A DNA stretch of 60,954 nucleotides, counting the filler, from Catajapyx aquilonaris (lineage: Eukaryota): the NCBI GenBank assembly GCA_000934665.2. It is 3 parts of 3 records of this genome, joined end to end, with 100 filler letters (N's around TTAATTAATTAA, not from the genome) between each part and the next. Parts side by side here need not be neighbours in the genome. Positions count along the whole stretch, not along the records: positions 1 to 20,243 come from JYFJ02006308.1; 2 more parts are not named here. The stretch is one strand, 5' to 3'. Numbering within the stretch: position 1 is the first letter of the stretch; each line of letters starts with the position of its first letter. This document shows, in pieces, positions 1-11,825 of the stretch. Position numbers and translations under genes: made by a program. Below the pieces are notes generated by a model, which was not told the origin of the DNA, searched no databases, and saw nothing but the letters and a program-made list of their open reading frames with translations.

Positions 1-104
1 GGGGGGGGCAGGGGGGGTTCCAATGGATACCACGGTCAGTCACTGGGGGGAAGGGGGGGTCAAAAAGTGGCCAAAAATCGGTCACGTGGTATATGGACGA
101 CCCC
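1..104. mobile_element. Right end of a PIF/Harbinger-like element
   Basis: Ends in ...cacgtggtatatggacgacccc followed by TTA. The other terminus is outside the window. Confidence 0.45.
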
Positions 105-723
105 TTACTTGCATTATGGATTATTGAATACTCAACAATTTCCATCACAAGTTCAAGCCCAAACTATTCCCATTCATTCCATTGCAAATAGATCACATAT
201 TTCAGACATTTGCACAGCCTTCTATGAATTAGCCATATAAATGGTATCAGTTTTGTTCAGGCAGTATTTTCCTGACAAACTTATTCTTGCATAATTTTTC
301 TTACATTGACACAGAAAGATTAACTCACTGTCAACTCATTCATTCTGTCTGCAGTAGTCTGACATAACTTCCCCAATTATAATAACTCTCTAGGCATTGG
401 GGAATGGGTCCCCAGTTTCTGCAGAATTAACCACAAAAGCATCAGTTAGTGACTGACTTCTTAACCCTAATTGGATGGATGCCATTTCGTATTTTTTGAA
501 AATGTTAGGGCGAATCACAAAAATAAAAACCTGCTGGCCTCTTGCTATTGATGTGGACTGGCACCCCAAATTGATTTAAAAAGCTACGGCAGTTTGGGTC
601 ACAGCTGAGAAATGATTCTCTCACCCTGGGTGGTGGAGTCAATGCATTCCAATTGGTGGACTAGGACTTATAATTGATATTTAAGGAGGTTGGCCCAGCA
701 TTGCCTTTCAACCTCCAAGGATA

Positions 724-887
724 GGGAAGGAAGGAAGCGGCTGTGGCCTATTATACGGAAGCAACCCCGGAATTATCCCAGAAAGACCGTGGAAAACAAC
801 GGTCAAGGTTGCCGGCCCCAGGATTAGAACCCAGGACCTCCCGATTAGCAGTCGGACGCCTTATCCACTATGCCAACCTGCTTCGGT
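724..887 (-). mobile_element. tRNA-derived SINE, family A copy 1
   Basis: Minus strand has A box TGGCATAGTGG and B box GGTTCTAATCC. Homologous copies at 21356-21502 and 34821-34998, partial copy at ~7355-7440. Confidence 0.8.
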
Positions 888-1104
888 GGTGGACTAGGAC
901 TGTGATCCTCTGCATAATTTTTTGTATGTTTTACTAGACAATCACTTTAGATGTGACCCACACCAATAAGTGTCTGGCGCCTGTGTCTAATTGACCAAGC
1001 TACATAACTGCACGAATGATCTGGCAAATGGCTGCACAATTAAGGAGATTCCACTGTATTTATATTATTTTATTCACAAAAATCATGGTGCTTTGACAAC
1101 TTAC

Positions 1105-4100
1105 CTGAGGTGGGAGCTTCTTCGCCTCAATATTTCACCTCTTGGATGAATCCGTCCTTCCTTTCCAGTTGCACTAAAGTCCCTGTATCCACCTACACCT
1201 TCTATCAGCAGTGTGACAAAATGGTTGAGAAATGTCTGCAAGCCAAACCGAACAATCAGCTGGAGTATGAAGCTCCGGTGGTACAGTTTCATATGCTTGG
1301 AGGAGGAAAATTCAGAATCATAGAGTTTCACTATGAGATCCAACAACAACTGTCTAGCTGCTGTTGGTCCTAGAGCTTGGCTAACAGGATCAAAGAGTAA
1401 CCAAGTGGCAAGAACTGCTGTATATGGCCCCTCCAGGAGTTCCTGCACATACGGTAGAACCAATTGTAGGCCTTCTTCATCCAACCGAAACAATAATTGT
1501 GACAGTTCTCTTCCAAGAAGCTTAACTTTGTACTCGCTCATTTTAATTGCAATGGCTTCACATTCAGGTCCTTCCTTAGACACCAGATCCACTGTAAGTG
1601 CTGTGTTCACCTCCACAATTTTTTGCAGAACAGCATAAAGCTGTTGAAAGTAAGGAGGAAATGGAACAATGGAAATGCATGGTTCCAAGATCTGATGAGC
1701 TGATGGAGGTGGAAGGCCAACAGAAGTAACAGCAGAATATCGGAATGGGCTATTGCCTTGCTTGCCTTCAGCACATTCTCCCACTTGAAGCAGCAATGTT
1801 GTCACACGCCGCACACATCGGGGAAGCTCATGAAGGTCTGATGAAAGCAGTGTGGTCCAGAAACGCAGCCGCTCATCCAATGGCACCCCACGTCCAAGAT
1901 GAGGGCACTTGGATGGCATAAATAGCTCACACAAAAGACAGCCTAGTACTTGCATGTCTTGTATCCGTCTCATAGCCACTGTCTGTCTGTGGTTAAAGCT
2001 CTCAAATCCACTTTCCAATTCTCGCTGAGGCAGACTTTGTGTTGTCCGACCAATGAAACTATACAAGGACTCCACCTCGCCTATTGCCACAGTGGGATTG
2101 TAGTCTTTCGGTAATTGAATGGGAGTGGCCTTTGGCTCCAGTTTGTCCTTTTCAGACACAAGGGACATGCGAGATCGACTGAGAAATCGTGTGAAGGCCA
2201 AAGGTCGGACATCCTCCTCATCTGTGTTCGCAAGTGCTTCTGTGGCACTCTCATCCACCTTCTCTTTGTCTAACCTTCTTCGTTCATGTGCAATGAAAGA
2301 TATCTTAGGGGGCACCTTGCCAAGAAATGGAGATGGCATCTGGCGATGAGGGTGTGGGTGTGAGAAGAGCTGAACCACTCCAGAGTTGGCCATATCTGTG
2401 TGCATGTCCACTAGATGAAGGCACACATTCTTTGCCTTTACTGCTGCTACTCCGGAGAGCCTGAAACAGGTAGATTTACACTGCATGAAGATTAACATGA
2501 GGATACAACTTACTTGTAACCAAAGGTCAGATCAATCCAATGGTGAAGCCTTTCCGAAACATGGGTCCCTTCTAAAGCTGCTCGATGGCTGCTGATGAAG
2601 TCTTCTGGTGTGTCAGCCCAACAGGGCACTTGCAAGTCTGGCAGGTCGTTGTGGACGGACTGAGGGAAATGCAGAGCATTGTATAAGTGAAACAATAGGA
2701 ATGCTTGTTAATATTCCTGCAAAGATTATGATATCTGCTGTAAATTTGGCGCAGCTTTGTATGCCTCTCAAAACAAAATGCTAGTGACAAGTGTATGACT
2801 GTGTTATTCAAGAAGCAATGTGAATTAAAACACACAGAGAGTAAAAGAACATATTGAAAAATGGAAACTGAAACAATTTCTACGAGAGTTGGGAATAAAG
2901 TCACAGCTCATATTTTCATTATGAATATCTGACCCTTTATAGTTTTGAACCATGTGCCACTTTCAATAGTGAATGCTTGCTTACATTCTTTCACTGAAGG
3001 ACCTTTAACCCTTTGTGGCCTAGTGTTTACAGTCGCAAACACCAGGAAATATTTTTTCCTGCCGTAACGGATGAGGTTTGCAAAATAAAAACACCATGGA
3101 TGTCTGGTAGCTACTGCCCTCTATAAGGGACAAACTCAAAACTGCCAAACAATAGGCAGCTCTGCTGGATCCAGCCCATTATAATGGCACGCTCTTTGAC
3201 ATCTGCGTGTGCCGGTCTGTGCACTTTTTTTCCCTGGGTGTCCCTCAAGTCTGAAACTAGGACTTTCCTATTACATTGTTGTACAGGGTGTCCCACAAAT
3301 TACGCTACCCAGAATTACATTAATAACTGTAACACAAAGGAAGATATTGCAACGGAATTTGAATTCAAGCAACCTCAACACGTGAGAAAGGAATTGGAAT
3401 GGGTCTGGCAAATGTGGGTGCTGTAATACTGACTCTGGAGCGACGAATCGGCCAGACGACACCTGAGCAGTGGCGCGCGGCGGATGTCCTTGCTTCCTGA
3501 TCCAAACGATGTGGAACTTTCGACTGGATATTTTCAACAGGATGGGGTGACATGCCGCACATCACATGTCAGCATGGCCGAAATAAAGTCCTTCTTCGGC
3601 GACCGAGTCATTTCGAAGGGACTGTGGCTACCGCGGTCGCCCGATCTTACGCCACCTGATTACTTCTTATGGGGCTTTCTGAAAGGAAGAGTGTACCGCA
3701 ACAATCCACGGTACATCCAGGCCTTGAAGGACATCGTCCAGGGAAATTCAGGCAGTACCGCAGGATTCCAAAATATGTCGCGCCGTGTTGAGACCTGCCT
3801 GGCCGATAATGGTGGCCATTTCCAACACATGTTGTGATGCCATTTCAAATCACACATGACAAGGTTAGTTCAGTTCAAATGTCGTTGCAATATCTTCATT
3901 TGTGTTGATGTTATGGAAGTAATTCTGGGTAGCGTAATTTGTGGGACACCCTGTAGTATATGGTTACCATAAATATACATGTATAATTATGTAACCATAC
4001 ACTACAACAATGTCACGGGAGGCAAAGTGTGCAGTAACGTATGCACCCATGGATGTTAAGGTCCTGGGTTCAATCCCAGCCTGGGGTTCCCCCCTTCTTC

Positions 4101-7100
4101 TCATGCAGAGTGGAGCCGTCTCTGGCTTCGTCTTGGGTGGAATCTCCGACAGACTAATCCACTCGGGGGAGTTCACAAAACGATTAAGCAGCGACATTGC
4201 ACTTGCACTTAGCACATCCCCTCCTAGTCACCCTGCCCTTGGACCAGGGAGCTTCGCCAAAAGGTTCCCTGAAAAGGGCCAAAGATGGCCCAGCACAGGG
4301 TAATTTAAAAAAAAAAAAAAAACATACAACAACAATGTAACAAGAAACTCCTCTGGTTCCATACTTTGTGGGGCACCCTGTACATCGAAACCTTCAATAA
4401 GTAATTGTGCCATTTTCTCATTCAGAACAGTTTATCGGTTCAGGAAAAAATGGAAACGGGCAGAAATTGGTTTTTGTAAGCCAACAACTGGTAGGTAATA
4501 TTACAAGTGTTTCCATTTGGTTACATTATTGAGAGACAATAATGGCACAACAGTGATTGTGTGCTGATTCAGGTGGCCATGCTCTACAGGCAATGTTGCA
4601 CTGTGCCGCTAAAAATTATTTTTTTCTAGTGTGCTACAGAGACAAATAAATTGTTTTGGAGTGCCAGTTCTTCACTTTTATTTGTTACTGTTTTCAAAGA
4701 TTTGCTCAATGTACCATGGTGATGGCAAGATGAAAGCACCTCATAACTACATAAGTATGTAAGGGATGATTTGGTATATTTTTTCCCTGCTTAACTGATG
4801 CCCAGTGACCATGTCACATGACTTTTCAAAGGGAAACACATTATCATCTAACAAGGTGTCTGACAGGGTTAACTGACAGAATTCCCAAGATTAAGTCCTG
4901 AGTCTGTTACAGCAATTCAAGCTACAGTATAATGATAATTTTGGAACGAGGCTGATCAAAAAAGACTGGGAATAATATTTTTCCTGAACTATTCGTTAGT
5001 CTGGATCAATGGTCACATGGTCTTTTTAAAGGTACTCCCCATCCATTTCAATGCACTATTTCAACAGTTTTATCCTATCGTCCAAGACATGGCACAAGAC
5101 ATTCTTCTTAAACTCCTTTTGGATAGCCTCAGATTTCTTCAGGACAGTAGTAGATGTATCGGTGTCCAGTAGCTTGGATTTCAAAGTGGGGAATTTAAAA
5201 AGTTAAATAGAGCCAGGTCAGGGGCATACGGTTGTTGCGGCGCACAGTTGATGTTTATTTTAGCCAGATATTTCATTATGACTTTCACAACATGAGGCCT
5301 CACATTGTCGTGATGCAGTCTCCATCCACTTGAATAAAGGTCCAGGCTTTTTTTTTTGGCAATGTGCTTCCTGATAGGTTATTTTATTTTATTTCATTTT
5401 TATTTTATTTTTAGTTACCCTGTGCCTTCCTTTACAGGATATTTAGGGGAGCTCCACTCCCTTACAATGTGTAAGTACAAAATAAAGAGGACATTTTTAA
5501 TACTTTGATACCAAACAGTGCAACACATTAACATTTGTGTGCATTACCAAAAAGAAAAACCCATAAACTTCTCAGTACTGATACAATCATATCCAATAAA
5601 TTCAGAGCGCCTTTGAAAAAAAAAGAAAACCTGGTAAGCGAGTTCCTTGGACACTTCAGAACCTTACCCTGTAAGTAAAAGGTGGGCGATAAGTTACGGA
5701 TATTGATTATTAGACGGGTAATGGACAGGGGTAGTTCGCCTCTGAAATATGACTCGGATGCATATCTTGCATGCGCCTCAGCATAATAACGATAACTCTC
5801 CGATTTTCCAAGGTCCAAAAGATCTTGCAGTTTGAGGTTTGACAGGATCCGGGAAAGGGATATCGAAATATCAATTGTTTGCCCAGGCGACCAGGATTTG
5901 CTTAGCCCAGAGTTTAAGTTGTCCAATCTGCATAGCCAGCTATAAGCATTCGGAAGTCTCGAATTGAAGGAGTGGCACGCGCAAGCCATGGCCATACCGG
6001 TAAGCGACTCTGGTGGTTTGTCTAATTGTTTATTATAAAATTTAATCACCTGTCGAATCGGACAATAGGCGTAGGAAGTACCCGGCTGTAGAGCAGAGGA
6101 TCAAAAAGAATTTCTTAAGAAACTGGTTTGCTTCCAGATAGTCTTTAACACTGAGAGGTTGTACTGTCCAGTGACAGAAGTGTGTGGGGGAACTGCATGT
6201 TTATCCCAGGTGAAAACAGAATTTGATGGCCACATACTGCTCCTTGTTTGTCACTTCCATTGTACTTGGAGGCGAAATAGAATGAGCCATCGTTGCAATG
6301 AGCAGAGTAGCCAGACGAATGGTCATAGGGTGGTGGCATCCGGCCACCTCATAAAACGAAGGCCGCAGTTTTCAGTTATAGCACTGTCAAAGCTGTAAAT
6401 TCAATGCAAGATATTTTTTTAAAATCATTCTCAGTCTTTTTTGATCAGCCCTCACCTGATCACCTGTTAAAATGTGTATGCAACATACTTCAATTATTAT
6501 CAGTACATCTACCTAAATACACAGTACACTGGTGGCTCGAACTTCGAACTTAATTTGTTCCAGGTCGTCGTTCGAACTCTGAATCAGTTTTCCCCATAAG
6601 AAATAGTGGAAAGTGAATTAATCCGTTCCCAGACCGTAAACAATACCCATTTTGATAAACTTAAGTAAGAAAGTGCGGGGAGGCATGGTGGCCGAGTCTG
6701 TAATGACTTGGCTTGCTGAGCGGAAGGTCCCGGGTTCGATCCTCACCCAGGAGCTCCCTTTCGCCTGCGTCAGGAGGGTCTCTGACCCGCGCCTTGGAGA
6801 TGTCTGGCAACCTAACCTCCAGGGAGACTGCACATGACCCCGGTAAAACGACATAGCACCTGCACCCTTGTCTCCTCCCCAGAAATGCCCATCCCTACAT
6901 GTCCCTTCTTCCCTGCACCAGTGATGGGAGAAAAAATTGTCAAGAAAATCGCTAGAAAAAAAATTGTGGTATTCCAGTCCCCAAAAGGGCCCCTGGCCCT
7001 ATCACGGGATATTACAAAAAAAAAAATGCACATCAATTAAGGTAAATGTAACAAGATTAAATGCCCTAAATAATAAATTGAATCATGAAAATAATAAATA

Positions 7101-10100
7101 AAATATGTAAACACTGTAATAAGAAAATTGCAATTAGTGTACAAGTGAGGAGTGATGGCCCCTGTGGGACTGGTGGTGAAAGAGAAAGATTACTGTTTGG
7201 AAGAGGAGTTACCTTCCATTATACAGTATATATCCAAGCACACCAAAAACAAAAGCGATAAGAGCAATGAAGACACCTGAGGGTAACGCAAGCGATTCTT
7301 TCACAGCAACTTGGGCGAAAAACAGATGGCATTTATGCAGTTTATGCGTTTATCTGTGGTTTCCCACGGTCCTCCCAGGATAATTCCGGGGTCGTTTCTG
7401 TAAAAATAGGCTACAGCCGCTTCTTTCCGTCCCTATCCTATCCCAAAAAGGAAAGTGAAATGAAAGCAAAGAGTTCCAGTCAAAACAAAATTGGGATGAA
7501 CTCCTCCCCTAAAGAGCTGCTAGCTGATAATGGGGTATGAATTATTGTTTATTATTATTATGCGTTTATGAGCATTTTTTCACTGTGAGTGTAGTTTGAA
7601 TTTAGAAGCATCGTTCGACCTTTGAGTCAAATTTTTCTGGAATTTTAGAGTTTGAACTCGGGAACATTCTAACTTAGTGGCGATCGAAGTACAAAGTTCC
7701 ACTGTATTCTGGACTTTAAATGCTGGACACACTCACATCACTAGCATACCTTAAATATGGATGGATCAGTGTAAAACTCAGGGATGCACTCATCTGGAGT
7801 CCACTGCTGCATGCGCTGGATTGATGATGGGTATTCTGCAGGAACCCATTTACTCCTAACATACTTGCACAGGATTTCCTTTGGTGTTTGCCTTGCTTTG
7901 TACACATAGTAGGTAATTTCTGACAGAACGTCGGAAATGTGGTGAGGTACCTGCCGGAAAATGGATATTAGAAGCCACAACGTCACTAGTAATGCCTTCA
8001 CACACTCACCCCAAGGTTACCACCCATGTCCTGACACACTCCATCATACGTCAGATCCAACTGCCTGTCTCCCTTGTTCAGGCGGAACTTTGATTTGGTT
8101 AAGTCTCGCCAGCCTCCATATGGACTAGAAAAATCCATGATCCAAGGCAGAACAGGGTGATGGTTGGGATTCCCAAAACGTCTCTGGGCCAAATAGTTGA
8201 GCGCCATCAGGTAGTCATAGTTAGATACCCTTCCATGAACCCAAAGGTCTACCAGCTGCCCAAGGGCTAGTTGATGGGTGGGGTGTTCTAGATCACTTCC
8301 TTCATTCTTTAAAGCTAACAAAATAGACTCCATCCCTTGTGATATACTGCTTGGAGCATGATTTGAGCGTGCCCTTGAATTGGTATCTTCATTCACTGAC
8401 ACTGGAAATATGTTAGCACTCACACTAGGCATCACATGCACCCACAAGTTCTTTTGCATGGTGATATCACACAGTGTTAGGTCACCAATAGCCAGTCCAC
8501 GGTCGTGCATGTTGCGGACAAATTGCATCAGCTGGTAAAGAATGAATAGGGGTTTTGCTACAGAACTGTTCACTAGGCCAGGGCTGAAGGTAACACAGTC
8601 GCTCACTGAGAACATTTCATGGGGTTGTATTATCAGGAAGCTATGTTTTGTCTCCAAAACACAATAAGCAGGTAGCACATTAGTGTGAGTTTCGAAATTT
8701 TTGGTCTTAACACTTGCATCTGCACTGTCACTCTTCGAAAGTTTCTCCAAGTCAATCAAAGGACAATTGTATATTCGGCACAGCACATCTCTAACAACAG
8801 TATTGCAATCCACAAATGAAATGCCTCCCAACTCTTTCCCTTCACTGGAATGTGCTGAAACAAAATATCCATATTTAGAGACCTAAGATATAATATATCC
8901 TTTAACAATGGCTACTAATATGCAGACATGCCTTAATCTAAGGTCACATTTTGTCCAGGTTGGAACAGAAGTGATGGTGAATAATGTATACGGGTCATTG
9001 CGCGTGAAATCAACACGAGGTTTGCTCGAGAATTTTAGATTTCCAAAATAGTTTGCAGGGAGATAGACCTATCCCTAAACTCTAGATATCCCAAGTATTT
9101 CGCTTCAATGTCCTCAAGGTCACGAGAGGTGAGGGGATATATCCAGGGGGGCAAATTGGACTTTCAAACCGAGCCACTTTCAGAGTCGAGGATCTCAAAA
9201 ACCATGCGCCGTAGCGACTTCTTTCATGAAATGTTTGTTTCAGATCATAGAACGTAGAATTTGAAGATGTAATCACTTATGCGATACCAGTATATGTATC
9301 GTGTAATGAGTTACTGCCTCCACAATAAGTATATTTTTGTCAAAATTTGCTCTCTTTCGGAATTTTTTACTGCCATATTGTATTCATTTGCGAACATTAT
9401 ACCTTGTTGGAGACATATCGATGTACCTGATCTCTCGTAAATTATTTAGCATTGTACAATATATAAACTCGGAGAAATTAACAGTCAAATTTTGAAGAAA
9501 CCTCATTTTGGCCATTATTGACGCCCAAAAAAAGGTCTGTGGGACGACGACTAAAAATCAGAGAGTGAGTTATTCGGAAAGTGCAAAAGGTGGGCTTTCA
9601 GAATATATCAGCCTCGTATATGATAATCGGACCTGAACAGACGGTAAGGCCTTTTGTTTGAAGGCATGTTTCGCCGGCATCTGTACCCGGCCATCATCGA
9701 ATGGCTTCAGACTCACATGTGTTCTCCCGTGGGGGCAATATGATGGCCGGGTAAAGACGCCACAGCTGCCGGCGGAAACATACCTTCAAACAAAAGATCC
9801 TCGGTTCGAATTTGACACCCCCCCCCCCCCCCCCCCCCNCCCCCCCCCAAATCCCCTCACCTTTCGTGACCTTGAGGACATCGAAACAAAATACTTGGGA
9901 AATCTAGAGTTCAGGAATAGGTCTATCTCCCTAAAAAATATTTTGAAAATCTAAAATTCACGAGCACACCTCATGATGATTTCACGAGGAATGACCCATA
10001 CAGTAGAACCATGATTATAAGCCCTATGAATATCTGTCTTCTTGGCATGTCCGTGTCCTGCTCCTATAGACACAGCATCCTACTTACAAAACCTATGAAC

Positions 10101-11825
10101 ATTTTGTGGCTAATGGAGTGGAGAGACTTAGCAGGCAAGGTTAGGATATCATCTTTAAAACAGAAAATGTAACAAACTTTTTTCACCAGCAATAATCTGT
10201 TTTTTAAACAATACTGTACTACACTACAAGTGTATTTTGTTTTGTGTTCCCTTATGTAAATTGTAAATACAGTACAATAGACTGTGTATGTAAAACATAA
10301 AGGCTCCACTATTTCTTATAAAACCATAACACAGCATTTCATTTTTTAAAATGTTTTTGTTGTGTTTCATTAGTTTTTTTGTGTTCCGAACATGTCCCCG
10401 TCCCATGGGTGACAGATAATTAATCAGGGTTCTACTGTACCTCAGAGAAAATTCAAGAGCACTGCCTGCAATTGTTATTATCATGAGATTCCCATTACCT
10501 CGATATCGCTTGAAGGCTTCCTTCCAGAGATTCTTGTAATTAGATTGAGACACATAATGCAAAAGTTGTGAAAATAAAAGTTCTTCTTTGGTATCACTTG
10601 GAAGAGACTGGCCCCGAGGTAATGACAGGACTTTCGTGTCTTGCTTCTTCCAAACCTAAAGGTGACAAAAAAATTAATCACTGATAATAATGATTGTACA
10701 GGGTGATTCTCTGGAATGGAAACCCAAACATTCCTCAATAACTTTTTAACTATGGTATGGTTCCCGGTGAAAATTGACATGTACTTACCTTATATCATGC
10801 CAAAAAAAGTCCGATTAAAGAATATACCAAAAGTGGTCCCCTCCAGCATCCAGGAATTTTTTAATGCGAGTCTGCATATTGCCGAAGACTCCTGCCGACT
10901 GGCGGCGGGGATGGCTCAATCTCCAGCCCACCCACCCGCTTGGCGATGGGGAATCTCAAGGCAACAGTCCCTGTTGCCTTGAGATTCCCCCTCGTCAAGT
11001 GGGCTGGTGGCCGGGGATGGATGCCATGGCCCCCGAGAATCAGCAGGAGTCTTCGGCAATATGCAGACTCGCATTAAAAAATTCCTGGATGCTGGAGGGG
11101 ACCACTTTTGGTATATTCTTTAATCGGACTTTTTTTGGCATGATATAAGGTAAGTACATGTCAATTTTCACCGGGAACCATACCATAGTTAAAAAGTTAT
11201 TGAGGAATGTTTGGGTTTCCATCATCCTGTATTTAATCATGGCCAAGTCAATACATACTCTAATAGACAAATATAACCACTTGGGTCCTAGGTTCTCATG
11301 TTGGCAAATCCAGGCTTCCATTTGGTCCTCTGTCAATGCTTCATGAAGCATGAACACGAATGGAATGTTGCCATCTCGGATGAGGTTGCTGCAAAATGTG
11401 ATACAAATAACACAAACTGCTCTTGACATGATTGCTGAGTTACCACCTTTCAATTCACCCACATAATATTCACAATTCCATGGCAATTTTATAACCCACC
11501 TATTGAGCACAATTATTTGGAATAAGGCCCAGGCCTGTTCTCATTTCCTTTCACCCCTTTAGATCCACCCTATTTGCACTGATATTTTACACCAACCCAA
11601 CTCTTCCTTCATCTTCTTCTTCCTTCCAGTAGCCTTAATGTATCAAACTAAAACCTTCAAGTTAATTGCATTCAATTACTCCTTCATCAGTAATAGTAAA
11701 ATGTTTTCCTCTTACCTTAGCCATGTTTGATGTGCTGCCAAAACTACTTGGTCCGCTTGATCTGTTGCTTTCAAGTATTTCAATGGAATTCGCAACACAT
11801 CTGCTATGATTTCGCGAGACCCCAT
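1105..11825 (-). CDS. WDR81: WD repeat-containing protein 81 (BEACH domain), 5' part; downstream WD40 exons lie off the left edge
   Basis: Exons with GT-AG borders and consistent phases: 11716-11825 ([14 protein letters not shown]...), 11259-11388, 10499-10655 (...[18 protein letters not shown]), 8010-8854 ([36 protein letters not shown]...[21 protein letters not shown]), 7750-7950 ([20 protein letters not shown]...[18 protein letters not shown]), 2514-2659 ([13 protein letters not shown]...HRAALE...[16 protein letters not shown]), 1105-2460 ([19 protein letters not shown]...GVVQLF.HPHP). These are characteristic WDR81 BEACH motifs. Confidence 0.93.
3284..3953 (+). mobile_element. Tc1/mariner-superfamily element (maT/rosa-like), internally deleted
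   Basis: TA-flanked TIR cagggtgtcccacaaattacgctacccagaattac / gtaattctgggtagcgtaatttgtgggacaccctg. Transposase remnant YFQQDG...[20 protein letters not shown]. Confidence 0.9.
4014..4322 (+). mobile_element. tRNA-derived SINE, family B
   Basis: B box GGTTCAATCC, body, 3' end gcacagggtaattt plus poly(A). Confidence 0.6.
4947..6454 (-). mobile_element. Degenerate mariner element interrupted by a LINE fragment
   Basis: Inverted termini gaggctgatcaaaaaagactgggaat / attctcagtcttttttgatcagccctc. Remnants of the mariner C-terminus (CIEMDGEYL) near 5030-5055 and an N-terminal IKFCF-like segment near 6210. Confidence 0.65.
5380..6140 (-). mobile_element. 3' end of a non-LTR retrotransposon (LINE)
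   Basis: Degraded post-RT-like ORF (5528-6049), 3' UTR ending ggcacagggtaact plus an (A)nT-type repeat tail at ~5380-5412. Confidence 0.6.
6522..7704. mobile_element. Degenerate pogo/Tigger-like element containing SINE insertions
   Basis: Ends ...gttccactg-TA; subterminal ttcgaac repeats; Tigger-like ttttccccataagaaat..gaattaatccgttcc. Confidence 0.45.
6676..7026 (+). mobile_element. tRNA-derived SINE
   Basis: A box TGGCCGAGTCTG-like, B box GGTTCGATCC, poly(A) at 7016-7026. Confidence 0.7.
8991..9998. mobile_element. Non-autonomous DNA transposon with long imperfect TIRs (TA-flanked)
   Basis: gggtcattgcgcgtgaaatca...gggagatagacctatccctaaactctagat versus atctagagttcaggaataggtctatctccc...tgatttcacgaggaatgaccc. 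Confidence 0.8.
10001..10437. mobile_element. pogo/Tigger-like MITE
   Basis: TA-cagtagaacc...ggttctactg-TA; related copy at ~46275-46564. Confidence 0.75.
10699..11229. mobile_element. Tc1/mariner-type palindromic MITE in WDR81 intron 2
   Basis: TA-cagggtga...catcctg-TA; ~180-bp essentially perfect inverted arms (10716-10897 / 11043-11222). Confidence 0.85.

Noticed and set aside
724..887. tRNA-Ser-like gene
   Set aside because: Three or more diverged dispersed copies with a shared non-tRNA body indicate a SINE.
10716..11346. Mirror ORFs [10 protein letters not shown]... on both strands
   Set aside because: Artefact of the palindromic MITE.
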